Assembly (NCBI GenBank): GCA_030704615.1
Contig: CM060734.1
Coordinates: 12,338,001-12,402,000, forward strand
From: Takakia lepidozioides
Lineage: Eukaryota; Plantae; Bryophyta
Reading direction: 5' to 3'
DNA length: 64,000 bases
Each line of letters starts with the position of its first letter. The first letter of the stretch is position 1. Shown piece after piece: positions 36,401 to 49,978 of the stretch. A program made the position numbers and the translations under genes. Under the pieces are notes generated by a model. The model made no database searches. It worked only from the letters and a program-made list of their open reading frames with translations, and was not told the origin of the DNA.

Positions 36401-39400
36401 TGCTCGTGATTTCAAAACCCTCACAATCGGTCCATTGCATTTCAAGACAAGCAGTTCAAAAGTTTAAGGGTTGATTTGAACAGGTTCAGGCCAATTGCAA
36501 TAGCCAAGCGAGAGGCGCCAAATATACTGTCCTTCTTTCACAAACGTAGATGCTAAATAGGTAAGAGCAACAAGTGGCAGGCATAGACACTTCGACCTCT
36601 ACAGAAGAAATTGGAGATGAGAGGACAAGTACAATTGAGGACAGGAGAAGGTCTGTGATATTCCATACCTGAGGCTCAATAGCATGGGTGTTGATTACAA
36701 CGCGCTTGATGTCATTGAGCTCTGAGTAGTGCTGCAAGCATACCCAGCACAATATCGCTTATGTCAACCACCATCTATGTTCTGTTATTGAGAGTCACTG
36801 TTCTCATGTCAGTATTTTCCATCACAACCACCCAGGCCTGCCTGCAATCATTGTTCTTTAAGGAGTCCAGCGTTTGCTGCATGCTAGCCTTGACCATGAT
36901 CAGAACCCAGCAGAAAACCTTGGCACTAGACTGGAGCTCCAGGATATGCATTGGGTTAATATGTATACCGATATTGCCCCTCAATAAACCTTGGCAAGGC
37001 TCAAGTGACATAACAAAATATAGCAGAAACCAAACCTGAAGTGCCCGCATATAGAGACCAGCTTTCTCACACAGCTGTGCAACACGAGGACGGTCATAAT
37101 AGCTGAACATCCCATTTGCCAGAATTGCATCTGCAACGTTGGGGAAAGTAACGAGGTTGATCTCCAAAACCTATGCACAGTTACAAACCAACAGTGTCCA
37201 ATTGAAAGAGACATCCATCAGAACTGCAACAGCACTCGTGCTCCATCTTCTTGCTGATGTAGGTGGGATTGAGTTTACCTTGGTCTGAAGCATGCCCTGT
37301 TCCGGTAGATTGGGCTTCAAGACATCTAGAAGGAAAGCAGTTGCCTCTCTGATCATGTTGCGCTGCACAGCAATAATTCAAGGTTGTCAAAACCTACCTT
37401 TCCAACCATTTCCAATCCTAAAGGCACAGATATTTAAGAAAGGTGTCTCTTACAGTAATAACTCCCACTGCACAGGTCCTTTGACAAAAGACCATCAGTT
37501 CCACCAATGGAGGTGTGTAAGCACCTTCACATTATCACATGCTCAGGCCACCTCCTACTCACAAAGAGTAACCACTTCCTACTCACAAAACCAAGCAGAG
37601 GAGATTTGTCATCAAGTGCCATGAGGATACATACCTGGAGAAAAAGATCTGTAATGGTATTGTAGTCCACTGGGCAACCACCTTCTAATTGAGACATCAT
37701 CAGAGCGAAGTTCACAGCACCCTGCAGCCAATTCAACGCTGCTTTCTTGATCTTATCTACAGCTGACACACTCAACCATCGTCTAGAGTGCAATGTGATA
37801 AACAACACTTCACACTAAAAAGATTGATTGGTACCGTCGCACCTGGGGGTCTGATCGCAGAATAGATTGCAGCAGGTACACGTAGTCTGGCGTGTAGCCA
37901 ACCTGTCAACACATGCCACAACAAAATGTAACCATTGATGCCAATTATATAGAATCTGGAATATCCTGGATTGGACATGTAGAACTCATCCACGAACGCA
38001 GAGTTGAGAGGATGAGATGAAAAAAAGTTTTAAACAAAAGACGGCAGACAGTCGAAACGAGTAAAGAACATGGCCTTGTGATGAAGTCCCTAGGTCTACC
38101 TGCTTGGAGTAGATCAGAATCTTGTCAAACTCTCTGCGCTCAGCAAAAGCTGCCACCACTTTTGGGGTAGCCCTGGCTTTAATGTAGATCTTCAGAGCCA
38201 TGTCATTGTCCACAGACTGGACAAGCAGTACCATGTTAGAAATGACAAATCACATCTAGAACCACCTACACAGGTCCATATTCGTCAGCAAACGAGATAT
38301 TAACCATGGGACCATCACTTATAATTTGACCCGCATCATTCCCAACAGTTGATACATGATCACAATAGGTTGTATCAACAGTTGCTTGAAATGGAAAAAG
38401 ACAAACTCAAAATTTCAAAGATAAAAGACTACCCGGCTTCCTCAAACTTTCATCAAGAAAAAGTTGCAGCAAAGACTAAGAAAAGTGAATTGTTGAAGTC
38501 ACTACATGGGCAAATGCTTAATAAATCCAGGTAAGTGCAGAGTAAACTCCAGAATTTCTTCAAAAGGCAACCAAAAAGAGCAGGAGAAGACCATATCCAA
38601 GGTAAAAGATGCTCTTCACAGATAGCACATGTAAATCTAATCAGAAATAAGAAGATAAGACATTCAAACATCATAAACAAACAACAAATAAACAAGACCT
38701 TCTTCCTTAGAGAGTCATCACAGACAGCAATTTAACCAGTTTTGAACAGAAGAGACTAGGTGTTAAAACTTACTGCATCAGTTCCTGACCTTTTGGTGGA
38801 TGCAAGATATAATCAGTTCAATTAAATATAACCAAAAATCAGTTCCTGAACTTCTATCCAGCTTCGTATTGGTAGCTGCACATCCTTGGCTAGGAATGTA
38901 AGCTATTCCCCACTCTCCACCTCTAGCTTACCAGCATTCGCTAACGTCAAAGTAATACCAACAAAACAAAAGAACAACGACAAGCATGGGGTCACACCTT
39001 CACAAGGTCTCCAAGCTCTTCACTACACTCCAACTTGTCCTCTGCCAACCAATTCTCCAGCAAATTCTTTTTGTTTTGATTCACAACTAGGCGAGAGAGC
39101 TCCAAGGATTCGAAAGCATTTAGCTTTCCCTTGGTCAACAGAGTTCCAAAATACTGCAAAAGTGGGGAGGTCTGCCCTGGCTGCACTGGAACACTCTGCC
39201 AGAAAACATGGACCAAGAAGCCCAGGGTTAAATCCAGTATGCCACAAACATGGACTCAGATGAACAACACCATGTTTGACCTGAATAAAGAGCAAATAAT
39301 TTAGCAATCTGCTTTTGTTTCACCACACATTCCTGAATCCTGTGGCAAATCCCGTCAACCCATTCATGTTGAACAACCCTGGTACTTAAGGCATAATACC

Positions 39401-42400
39401 TTCTCTTCCTGCAAATACCAGAATCAGCAGATAGTGCGCTGGTCCACCTGAAGAACTTATTAGTCAAGGCATATGACCACCATTGATAGTGTGTTACATC
39501 TGCATACCTGAAACTTGGCTACAGTGTCTGGTGTACGAAGGATGCCTTGGGGTGACTCAGCTGCAAGCTCTGCTGCTTCCTTGTATTTCATCTGAGAGAA
39601 CACCTCTTGAAATCGTTGTAAAACCTGCGTAAGACCAGAATAGTAGCATACGCTGGTCAATGTACAGCTTAAGGTCGAGGAAAATAAGAGAAGATGTAAC
39701 AAGTGACACCCATAGATTCTAGCAGTACGTAAAACCCTTGATCAACACCCTACTTCATTCTCCAATACAGAGCAACCGTACACTTCATGTGTAACAATGA
39801 GAACTACGCCTTTGAAGAAAGTAAAGAATCAAGTCTGTCATACCAGGTTCTCAGCTCCTGGCAAATTTCCACGCTTAGCAAGATTGACTGCCAGTTCCAG
39901 ATTATTGAGCTGAAAAGTCCAGCAGAGGTAGTCTGAGCATAGAACAGTGATGGCTCCACTGGCACAAGAAGCACACAACCTCCAAAACCCAAAACACTTT
40001 TCCTTTGATCATCCAATATACATGCTCCACCAAGTCACAAACCCACCATGCAGATGGAAACTCTCACATTGAAAGTCACTGGTTTGTATGATAAGCCCAA
40101 GCACACAAAGTGATACTAGTTCATGTCCAAGGGCTTGGCCCTACTTTTTGCTCCACCTGCATAGAATAGCACACAACAGCTCCATACCTGTACACTTACG
40201 AACGGAACAATTGTTGCCTCATTCACAGTGGCAAGTAGGACTTGTCCTCGACGATTCACCGCATAGAAGCCCCCTACTGTAGGAGCATCCACTGTCAAAA
40301 AGATGGGGTCGGGACTGATACGGTTCCTGTATACCGCAGTTGCAGTTTCCAAATCATAAACAAACAGAAGCCCGAGCTTTGTGATCACATAAATCAGGTT
40401 GTACTTTTCTGATATCTGTACAACACAATGTCACAACGTCAGGAGGCATGAACCCATCCTCTCACATACATCCATTTAGCTGCACAGGAAACTCAAGACT
40501 GACATTTACCAGACAACAGGGTGATGGGAAAGATAGACCAACTCCAAGGAAAACATAGTCCCATCTTTAATAATAAGTAACAAGGGTTCCAGCTTCAACA
40601 ATTTCGCAACCTTCTACTCATCCTACTTATTTAGATGATAATTAGACTAAGACACTCATCATCTATAATATTTGAACCGGACATATATCAACTACACCCA
40701 CCTGCATTGCTACAGGGAAATCGTCCGCAAAGTCTGGAGGAAAAAAGAGATCTGCCTGCTTCTTGGAGAAGCCAGGTTTACCTGAACAACAAAATGCAGA
40801 CCCACAGTCCAATTTATCAAAAACCTCCTCCGATTTACTTCCTCCATTTTACCATATCCCTTCACCTTCTTGAGACATAAACTGCTTTCACCACAGCTAA
40901 CCGTGAAACAAGACAGGGCTGGAATTAGAAACTACTGTAATCTTCCTTTCCACCTGGCCTGCCGACATACTTTATGCCGGACTAAACACCAACAATTGTG
41001 TATCAATGTGAGAGACTAGTAAATTCTGAACTCACATTTGAGAGGTAACCAAAAATTAAAAGATAGCACCATACAATGTAAGAAGAGCATTTGAGATGAC
41101 GATAAAAACAGCAGGACAAAACTTCCAGGAAAAGCCATCAACAAAAGGGAAGGAAACCAGAAAGAAATAAAACCACATCAATTTATCCAAACAGGGAACC
41201 AAGCTACAGTAACAATACAACTGTGGCCCCCTGGCTTTCATCTTTACAAGGTTTAAGAGGCCAAGATATCCAGGTTGAGTAGCAACGCTAAGTTTTGTTT
41301 TCACAGGTTCCTGACCAATGTACAAAATACATGACCGAAATTGTCTCTTTCTCCAGGGTATTTATCATTCAGGGGACTTAAAATAGAACATTATGGATAT
41401 GATGTACCCAACTGCAATGAGAGGAGGGGTAGGCCACACTAGACTAAGGTCACGTAGCACATTTGAGACATCAATGTAACACAACCTGCACCTAAGAGTT
41501 GGAGGCATACCGGCAATACTGAGGGAATGCAAGTGGCAATTGAAAATTCACAACATTTTGACAATCTGATGATGTATCACAAACCTGGCTGAGCCCCCAA
41601 CTCGATGATATGCAGCTTTGATGAAAGCTGCCCAGCATTAATGGATTTTGTTGAAAAAGCAATAAAGAGTGATGAAGTTTCACTCCCTCCCACCTGGGGA
41701 AAAAGCAAGTGCATGGAGTAGTGTATAAGGAGAGAAAAGACAAACCTGGCTGAGTATTTAGCTCAATCATGTGCAACTGGCAATTAGGTGACTGCCCAAA
41801 ATAGTCTTAGATGCAAGCAAATTTAGAGTGGAGGGTCGGTGCTTTACTGCAGGCATGTGAGAGGAGCTCATCACTTCATCAACATACCTAGCAAACAAGA
41901 GCAGGAATTGCTGCCCTTTCCGTCTTGCTTTACACCTCCGTTTTGACCAAGAATGAAGTGAACAAGCAGCATTTGACAACCCACACCTTACCTTGAAGGA
42001 CGCAAAAGATGCAGCATGGGCTTCCAATGCCTGACTCCGCTGCTGGTCCACAGAAAAGAGCTGCATGTTTCCCTTCACAAGCTGGGGACGCTGTAAGCAC
42101 AACAAGGTCTGAATCTCAGGTTGGAAGCAGAGAGTAGCCAGCAGCCTGGTGCCTCTAAGACATCACCAGGAGGGCATGGAGAAAGGGGACGGATGAAATG
42201 GGATCTAAAGCATGGAAAACCAAGAAATAAGTTGAAAGCATCCATCATGTTCAGGGTGGGGGGATAGGACAATGCTATGAGCATTTACCCAAACACTTAT
42301 TAATATATCCAGTACCTCAGGTGCTCCTGGTGCAATGCCAATCAGCACAAGCCACTTCTCAGAGGGATCACATCGATAGTTGATGATTTGGTTGCCACTC

Positions 42401-43701
42401 AAGTTTGCTGTTCTCTCGAACATCCTCAAGGGTTCAGAGTCACCTATTTCAAAAGTCCGACAATACAGGTCAGAAACACCATGTAAAAGCACGAGGCCTC
42501 TTTCACTGCATTGAAAAGGTTACAGACCGACGGATGCAAACTCAAATTCCTGAATTCATAGTGAGCCATACATACTGCCAATGGAACCAGATATGAGGTG
42601 CAGCATTCTATACCTTCAATGGTCCAATGATACACTGCTGTTTGTGTCACAAGTCCAAGCAGCTTTGGAGTGATCCACTTCCAGAAGACCACCTTTGACA
42701 ATCAATACACACTTCCAGTCAGCAATACCACCAGATGTGCAATGTGCTTGCTCAATTGAAGCGGGTTGGATTACTTTCAGCTCTACTTCTCATAATCAAC
42801 TCAACTTCTCCTTCAGCAAATCCAAACTGAGCTGTCAACCTGCTCTGGCATCTGATGGGATTTTATTTTTGCCTTCATCTCGATGTTGAAGATTTGGAGA
42901 TGATCTTGTGCGGACCCGGGGATTTGAGCTGCCAGACACCACAAAGACAACACGTGAGTAATTCTTCAAATTGCTCTTCCCAGCTTTGATCCAGACCTTC
43001 TCTAAATTTAATAAGTGCACTGTAAAACTCGCAGTTCGTAACTCTAGAATGCTGACACTCAAAACAACTCCCGAAGCCTAATTCCAGGTAGGTGCTCCTT
43101 GCGGCCATTTACACAAGTTGAATTGAACATGATAACACCTTTTAGGGCAAGAACTCTCTGTGTAGGATTCATCAACGCAGAGTCGGCAGTAATAGGACGG
43201 CGCAACGGCTGGAGGGGCATAGCCATATCGATGATAACTACGCTATTTTGAGGTGATGTCTCCCGCACACATATGTACTTATCAGACTCCATTGTCACAT
43301 GTGTAAATGTGATGAATTGCTGATTAATGCCAAGGCTCGTTAGCTGCATTGCAACATCAACATTTCCCTCCGTCAGTAACAGTTGATAGGATGAGGCAGA
43401 CTAGGGGAAATAAAATTCCAACCAAAAAACGTCAGTTGTGTAAACTTTCCTACTACCCAATTGCTTCCACGTTAGAAGCTGCCACATCAGAACCATCAAG
43501 TCACGAAAACAATAGGAAAACCAGCCAGAAATTCGCACAACGGATCTCCCACACCCCCAAGAACACACCATCACATTACCCATAATTACCATTCTACCAA
43601 GTTCCCCCCCTGCTACTTCTCCCCACCATCAAAGCAAGCCCTTTCCAGCCACTCACCGTCAACGCCTCTTTCATGGTAATGGGGGCGCTTGTGGCCGCCA
43701 T
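30447..43701 (-). CDS. CHC: Clathrin heavy chain, 30 exons, apparently intact
   Basis: Starts [15 protein letters not shown]|[28 protein letters not shown]. Every expected block is found in order with GT-AG introns ([60 protein letters not shown]). Ends [21 protein letters not shown]...GGY* with TAA at 30449-30447. Confidence 0.97.
41746..41858 (-). pseudogene. Decayed tandem duplicate of clathrin heavy chain exon 7
   Basis: Reads ..[21 protein letters not shown](1-nt deletion)[11 protein letters not shown]|gtttgt. This is colinear with functional exon 7 at 41693-41585 ([37 protein letters not shown]|gtttgt), and the donor context ctcagccag|gtttgt is identical. Confidence 0.8.
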
Positions 43702-43921
43702 GGCGACGAGCTTCGATCAGGCCCTCTCACGCACTGCACAGAGAGAGAGAAGAGAAGGGCAAGCAATCGAAAGAGGGTAGAAAAGAACCGATTCACACAG
43801 ACAGTTTAAACCCCCTTCCATTTACCCCCGCCAACTTTTCACGCGAGTATCTACAAGGGCAGTGAATAATTGTCCCCGGGTGGTCCCATCCAACGGCCGA
43901 GATCGCAGCAACTCTTTTGCG

Positions 43922-46900
43922 TTTTTTTTTTTTTTTTTAAATTTTTAATGAACAGGGGAGCCCTGATAAATTTTATTAATAAAACTGAGGAAAAAATAAC
44001 GTCAGGAAAACAACCATAAGGATGATAAAGGAGACACTGGCCCATGGCCAAATCTAAGAGAGGCTGCAGGAGACTAAGGATGAGTAGGTCCATAGCAGCG
44101 AGACAAGACTACAAAGGCTCATTGATTCTGCATCCAGAGGATTCAAACGAGAGGTGGGCTTTGGATTTGCCCTTTCTAGAGGTTCTCTTATGCCTCCAAT
44201 TCCTATCTGATTCTTCCTGCTCAATAGATAGTTGGGCGCTAGTGGAGCTGCCAACATGGCGGGATGTTGTCGTTCCAGACAATCGATGAGTCTGATGTCC
44301 TTGTGCAGATGATGTTCCCTTTCCCCCAAGCGTTATCAAAGCCAGTGAAAAGTTGTTGTCTCCTTCGTTGCGCACATCGAGAAGTAGCTGCACAGAGAAC
44401 ATTCCAGGCCTTTCTCGCTTTAGTCATTAAATCTGAGTGGATCATGAAGAAAACCTTCTGAGCACAGGGCTGAGACCCCCCCAACACCAAAGAACATCTG
44501 CTTTTCCATACATTCCAGAGCGAGTGCGCTCGAAGACACGCCCATACCGGGCAATTAGACTAGATAGATCCTTCGTGAAGTTTGAGCAAGATTAAGGAAG
44601 ACTGCAAGGGAATGGACAGGACCCAAACAATCTGATACGGCTCCACATGAAACCAGCGAAGGGGCATTCAACCAAACAGTGATCCAGTGATTCCGAGAGA
44701 CCCAGGTTGCACACTTGACATTGGTCAGGAGCATCTGGAATGACTTGAAGGACCATCAAAATTCTATTTACTAGCTTCCATAGAAATCCCGAGATTTTGG
44801 CATGTCTGTCCTTTCTCCAAACATCCTTCCAGATGTGTTGCCAATTAAGGGGGAGAGTGGGTAGATGTCCCCACTTGGCATTCCATTTGGCCACAAAAGT
44901 AACCGGAGGTCTTAATAGAGAGTAGCCCAGCTTGACCCCATATCCCAGGAAAGGATCATGCTTATTAGACATCCAGTTCCATTCTGCCGGGTCGAATCGC
45001 AGCAATTGCAAAAGGGCAGTAAGAAACAGTTGAAAGATCCGAAATAATGTTGCATATTCAAAGGAGGAATGGATCACATTTCCCAGAGACTTTGCAGTAA
45101 ACTCTAATGGCGTACATATCCGATTCTAGCAAGTGAGACCACACTGGGGAAGTCAGGGTACCATCAGATTGAACATGAAATTGCCAACCAGAGATTTGAT
45201 TCCCTATTATGTGGATTGCATAGAGTGCATACTTAGAAGCAGTGCCACTGTCCCCCCCCCCAGCCAAACTGGCAGAGCCCTGATATTGGAAGGAAAAGAA
45301 CAAAGCAAAATCCACAATTGAGGAATGTTACTGATAACCTGATCCCAACATGCAGCCTTCATAGGTGAAAGATTGCTGGAGGCTGTGGCTTTGGGAAGAA
45401 TGGACCCTGATTCCCAGATGTGGAGGAAGCTGACAATCCCTGCCTTCTCCCAGGAAGCCCATTTTTTAGAGCAGGTAATTAAGAAGTCAGAGTCAGCATT
45501 GAGATTTCCAAAAAGAGGCTGCCTCATGGCTTCTTCCCTTGTCTTAGGGGTGGACTGGAAAAGATTGGGCCTCATTTTAATCCAGGCAGCCCAGATGGAC
45601 TGCCACGCCTTTGAACCAAAGGAGAAGGCACGGGAGGAACGATTACCCTGGGTTATCCATCTCAAAGACTCTGGCCAGTAAGCCGCTTGAGGCCACGAGT
45701 CCAGAATATGACATCTTACAACAAGGCTCCACGGAGATGAAAGATGAGTCAAAACCCTAGGCACCCACTTAGCCAATAAAGCAAGGATTTGAGATTGAGG
45801 GTCCAGAACCCCCAAGCCCCCGTTTTTTTTCTTTTGAGAGACCTGGGCCCAGCTCACTAAGCTTCTTCTGTTTGGCATAGCCGGGGTAGCCCCCCATATG
45901 AAGTTGCGAGTCATGGATTTAATCTGCGAGATAATCTTTGAGCCAGGGGACCAGACAGCCAAGGAAAACCATGAGGAGGATTGGATTACCTGGTTAGCCA
46001 CCAAAGCCCGCCCAACTATAGACAAATGAATGGAGCACCAATGGCCCATTTTCTTCTTGATTTTGGCCAGAACCGCCTCGCATCTCTGCAGATCTGTGAG
46101 ATCATGACCCACTAGGTGCCCCAAGAGATTATGGGCTTCTCCATTTTGAGTCCAACGAAGACCCAGATCCTCCCTCCAAGGCGCGATATGCGATGCCCCC
46201 GCTTGGATGGAAAGCTTGGAGAGAATAGCTACTGTCTTGGACCAATTTATCTGTAACCCTGATGCAAGGCAGAACGTCTTTAGAGCCAGAAGGATGGCTG
46301 AGACGTTCGCTTGCATAGAGTTGTCAATAAATAAGACAGCGTCGTCAGCGTATAAGGAATTCTTGACAGAGGCAGGAGAGGGTAAAGATCGTGGGATTTT
46401 TAACCCTTGCAAGGAGGTATTGGCAGCAAGCAAGTGACCGAGGGCATCCGCTGCGATGAGAAAGAGGAAGGGGGATAGAGGGCACCCCTGCCTTACTGAC
46501 CTGTGTAATTGAAAGGATTTGGATAGAATTCCATTGACTTGAACTTTACTAGAGGCCGAGAAGAGAAGGATTTTTATCCAGGCCACGAAATTCCCTTCGA
46601 ATCATAGCTTCTGAATGACCCCTAGGAGAAGAGCCCAATCTATATTGTCGACAAAATCAAACATTAGCAACCGCTAGAGGCTGGTCCGAAAGATGGGCCT
46701 TCAATCGCAAGAAGAACATTGTCTAGGATCATTCTATTTTGCATAAACCCAGTCTGCTCTGGACGCACCAGCCTGGGCAAAAAGGGCTGAAGCCTCATGG
46801 CGAGAGCCTTGGCTATGATCTTGTAAGAAGAATTAAGCAACGTAATGGGCCTGTAATTGGTAATCAAGTCACGATCCCCTTTTTTGAAAATTGTCCGACT

Positions 46901-47800
46901 CGCCCCCGTTGTCACCCGATGTGGCAGGAGTCCCCGTTGCCGGATGTGCCCGCTCTATCCCTTCCCGGAGCGCCACTGGAAGTAGATTCCAGATGTGGAG
47001 CATAGCCGGCGGCGGCGCCCCGTAGTCCAGGCCCTTCTTTGCTGACCGCTCAGGCTCAGGGGACGGTGTCACTGATCGGCTAGGCTGCTCCGAACCGGCC
47101 CATACCTCCTCCTCTCCCCGCCCCAAATGCGTATCAGGGTAGAAGCCCTCACCCGGCTTGACTTCTTCGAGGCGCTTCGCTATCTTGGCCACTTCATTGG
47201 CCCTCCTCGTCTCCTCCTCCCTCATCGACAACAATGGGCTGGCAATGGAGGCTTTCAAAGGCCCTTGAACCTGACGTTGGGCCTTGGCAAGTGCAGCCTT
47301 TGCTGCGGAAGAAGGGGTCGCTATGGGGGTGACATCCAAAAGTTGCCCATACCGGGCCCCCGAACGGGTGATGTGCTTGCCAAGGTACATTTCACCCGTC
47401 TTGGTGGCCGGGGGTGTGCTCAACAGAGCATCCGGCTCAGCAACAACCTCCCGAATAGGAGAGCTGGCTGAACCGGCCCCTGGCGCATCCAAGATGTGGA
47501 CAAGAGGGGGGGTACTGGCCTCGGGGGGCAGACGAGCCCTCCGGCTGCGGCTGTCGACGGGGCTGGTTAACCGTGAGACGCCCTGGCGCGTCACACGTGC
47601 CGGCAGAGCAAACGGATTGTCCGCCCCTTTCTTTGGGGTAGGGGACTTCTTCTCTTTCCCCATAAGCTGGCACCTGTCATGCAAACCCACAAGTTGGCCT
47701 CATTAAACTATCCGTTCAACTCACTCGAACCTCGCGTCCTAGAGACAGATCTCATTGAAAACTTCGTGCCGTTTATAAGAATTCAAGTGTTATTCCCCCA
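43922..47800 (-). mobile_element. L1-clade LINE with poly(A) tail and internal deletions (ORF1-like start fused to RT)
   Basis: RT motifs NYRPITLLNSSYKIIAKALAMRL, EQTGF, RSVRQGCPLSPFLF and SLYADD; C-terminal CQVC...ESLDHCLVEC zinc finger. 17-nt T run at 43922-43938 is the poly(A) tail on the minus strand. A GC-rich ORF at 46869-47690 joins directly to RT, so the endonuclease is missing. Frameshifts present. The 5' boundary is approximate and no TSD was found. Confidence 0.88.
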
Positions 47801-47948
47801 ACAGTCAAAGAGCAGGAAGAGTCAAGTGTAAGGGGTATGTGGCCCATTCCAGATCAAAAACAAAAAAAACCAAGGATGTCGGGGGCTGAGAGCAGCAAGT
47901 GCTCGGGGTCTCGAGAAGGGGCCACAAAGATAAAGAAAAAGGTGGAAA

Positions 47949-48021
47949 GGGGGGGGGGGGAGTGACTGAGCACCACCACCAGCTACTGAGCACCACGGGC
48001 TCAGTCACTCCCCCCCCCCCC
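47949..48021. repeat. Perfect 23-bp inverted repeat with a 27-nt spacer
   Basis: G12-AGTGACTGAGC (47949-47971) and GCTCAGTCACT-C12 (47999-48021). Confidence 0.9.
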
Positions 48022-49978
48022 CCATTTTCTTTTTTTTTGGTTTCCTGATCTCTCCCTCTCTCTGTCCCTCTCTGTCCCTCTCTCCCTCTCTCCCTCTCCC
48101 TCTATAAATCTTTGGATTTCATCTGGCCTTAACCTTTTGAGGTTATTTAGTTTTTCATCCCTGCCTTTTTCATCCAAATCTGGATGATTTTATTTCATTG
48201 GATGATGAAACTTAATATACAGAAAGCTAGAGTTACCATCTATTTTTTTCATCTAAACTGGATGATCTACATAAATAATGGTTACCTATTATAAAATCCA
48301 AGAGAATAATAAAACTACCATCATAAATGATGGCAGTTATTAAACCTAAACCTATACCATAACCCTAAAAGATACATTTCTATGGGATGTCATCCAGTGA
48401 CAAAATGCCTAATCGGGAAGTTTTGCCCTAAGCAGGCCGACACACTTCAAGCACTGAACTCGTGCTTCAGTGAACCTTGATGATGCGCCGTATAAACCTG
48501 CTCCCCTGCTGCTACATGGTACTCGTGATTGCTGGCTCTTGGGATGCGCAGTGGTGGTTAAACAGATTCTTCTATGGCAGACGACAAAGCCGTGATTGCT
48601 CTGATCAGGAACTCATGGTTCTTTATTTTGCAGCGGCGCTTTTACTCCTTGTTGGGAAGTACTCTATCCCTATTTATCTACAGATTACTTGTTGCTCTCT
48701 CTTCGTGTATGAGCCACTCTCTAGCTGTGAACGCTTCTACTCTGATTGCGTTCTGTTGGAGACAATCTGTTGGACGCCATGGCGCAGGGCATACCACAAA
48801 CACTCAAGGTTTTTTGAGTTACCATTGCTTGAATTGTGATCTGTACTTGCTTTAGAATTCAACATTGACATGGATAGCAACTGTGAAGACCTGCCACTTA
48901 CCTGCTGCATCCTCACTAACACACATCGCTATGTGGTGGTTTTTGGGACGGGCACAGGTGAGGTCTTCACTTGTCTTGATTTCTTGAAGCTTGCAGTTCC
49001 TGTTCTTGCAAGTGTGGATACTGCTGCTGCCTAAGCTGCTGATGCCATCTGCTATTTCAAACTGCCACCATGCCGCTTCAGACCTGCTCCAAGATTGCTC
49101 CAATGAGGATCTGCTTCTCTCCTTACCACTGTTTACGGTTTTTTACAACCACATTTGCATGTGTAGGAGTTTAGCTATGAAGGATACAAGGATACAATAG
49201 CAGTTATTACTTTGACTGCCTTGATACTTGGCTCTGAAATGAGAACTCTTGGTATGACTCTGATGGATCAAAAGGATAGGCTTTGATAGATAACACACAT
49301 TCTTCAAGGCCCTCATATCATTTTGGTTTCATGGCTTGATAACAAACTGGGGTTTCTGAGCTGCTCTTTCACCTTGGTAGAACTACTTTATGTGGCCTTA
49401 AAATACCATTCTAGGCCTATACCTGCTTAAGGGGGCTCTACACTGTTGTTTCTTCTTCCTTTTTAAGAATCTTGCTTATATCTTGGTTCTAAAACATCAT
49501 CTTCAAACCAAACCTGCAATCTGGTTTTTGAAATGAGTTTTAAATGGATTCTTGAGATGATGATGTGTACTATGGTGCTTTCATGATATGAATGACCTGG
49601 AATCCCACCCTCCCGCCCTGTTTTTTCAGAGACCCTGAAATGTAATTGGGTATTCAAATGAGATTGTAAACATGAAAGAGAATGTTAGATGGTGCCCTGT
49701 AAAGGGCTGTTTTGTCTTTCAATGACAATGACCTTAGCGGTCTTGTCCATGTCTTGACATGACATGTATATCTTCCCTCTCTTTATTTGATCAGTGTACT
49801 TAGTGGTTTTTGTACACACCATCTACCTTTACCTTTCTCCTTTTCACCTTCTCATTTTGTTATATTGACAAATGTTCTCGGGGGGCTTTGACAGAAAGTC
49901 ACCAAAGGAGGTCCTAGCTGGAATGAGGACCTCATAGCCCTGGGGTATCAGTCCCCACTACCTCCTCCAATTCCTGCT

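Noticed and set aside
17800-43701. Functional endomembrane gene cluster (PICC-like, C53, clathrin, receptor with endocytic motif)
   Set aside because: Adjacent housekeeping genes in a eukaryote are not evidence of a cluster, C53 is dead, and no shared regulation is visible.
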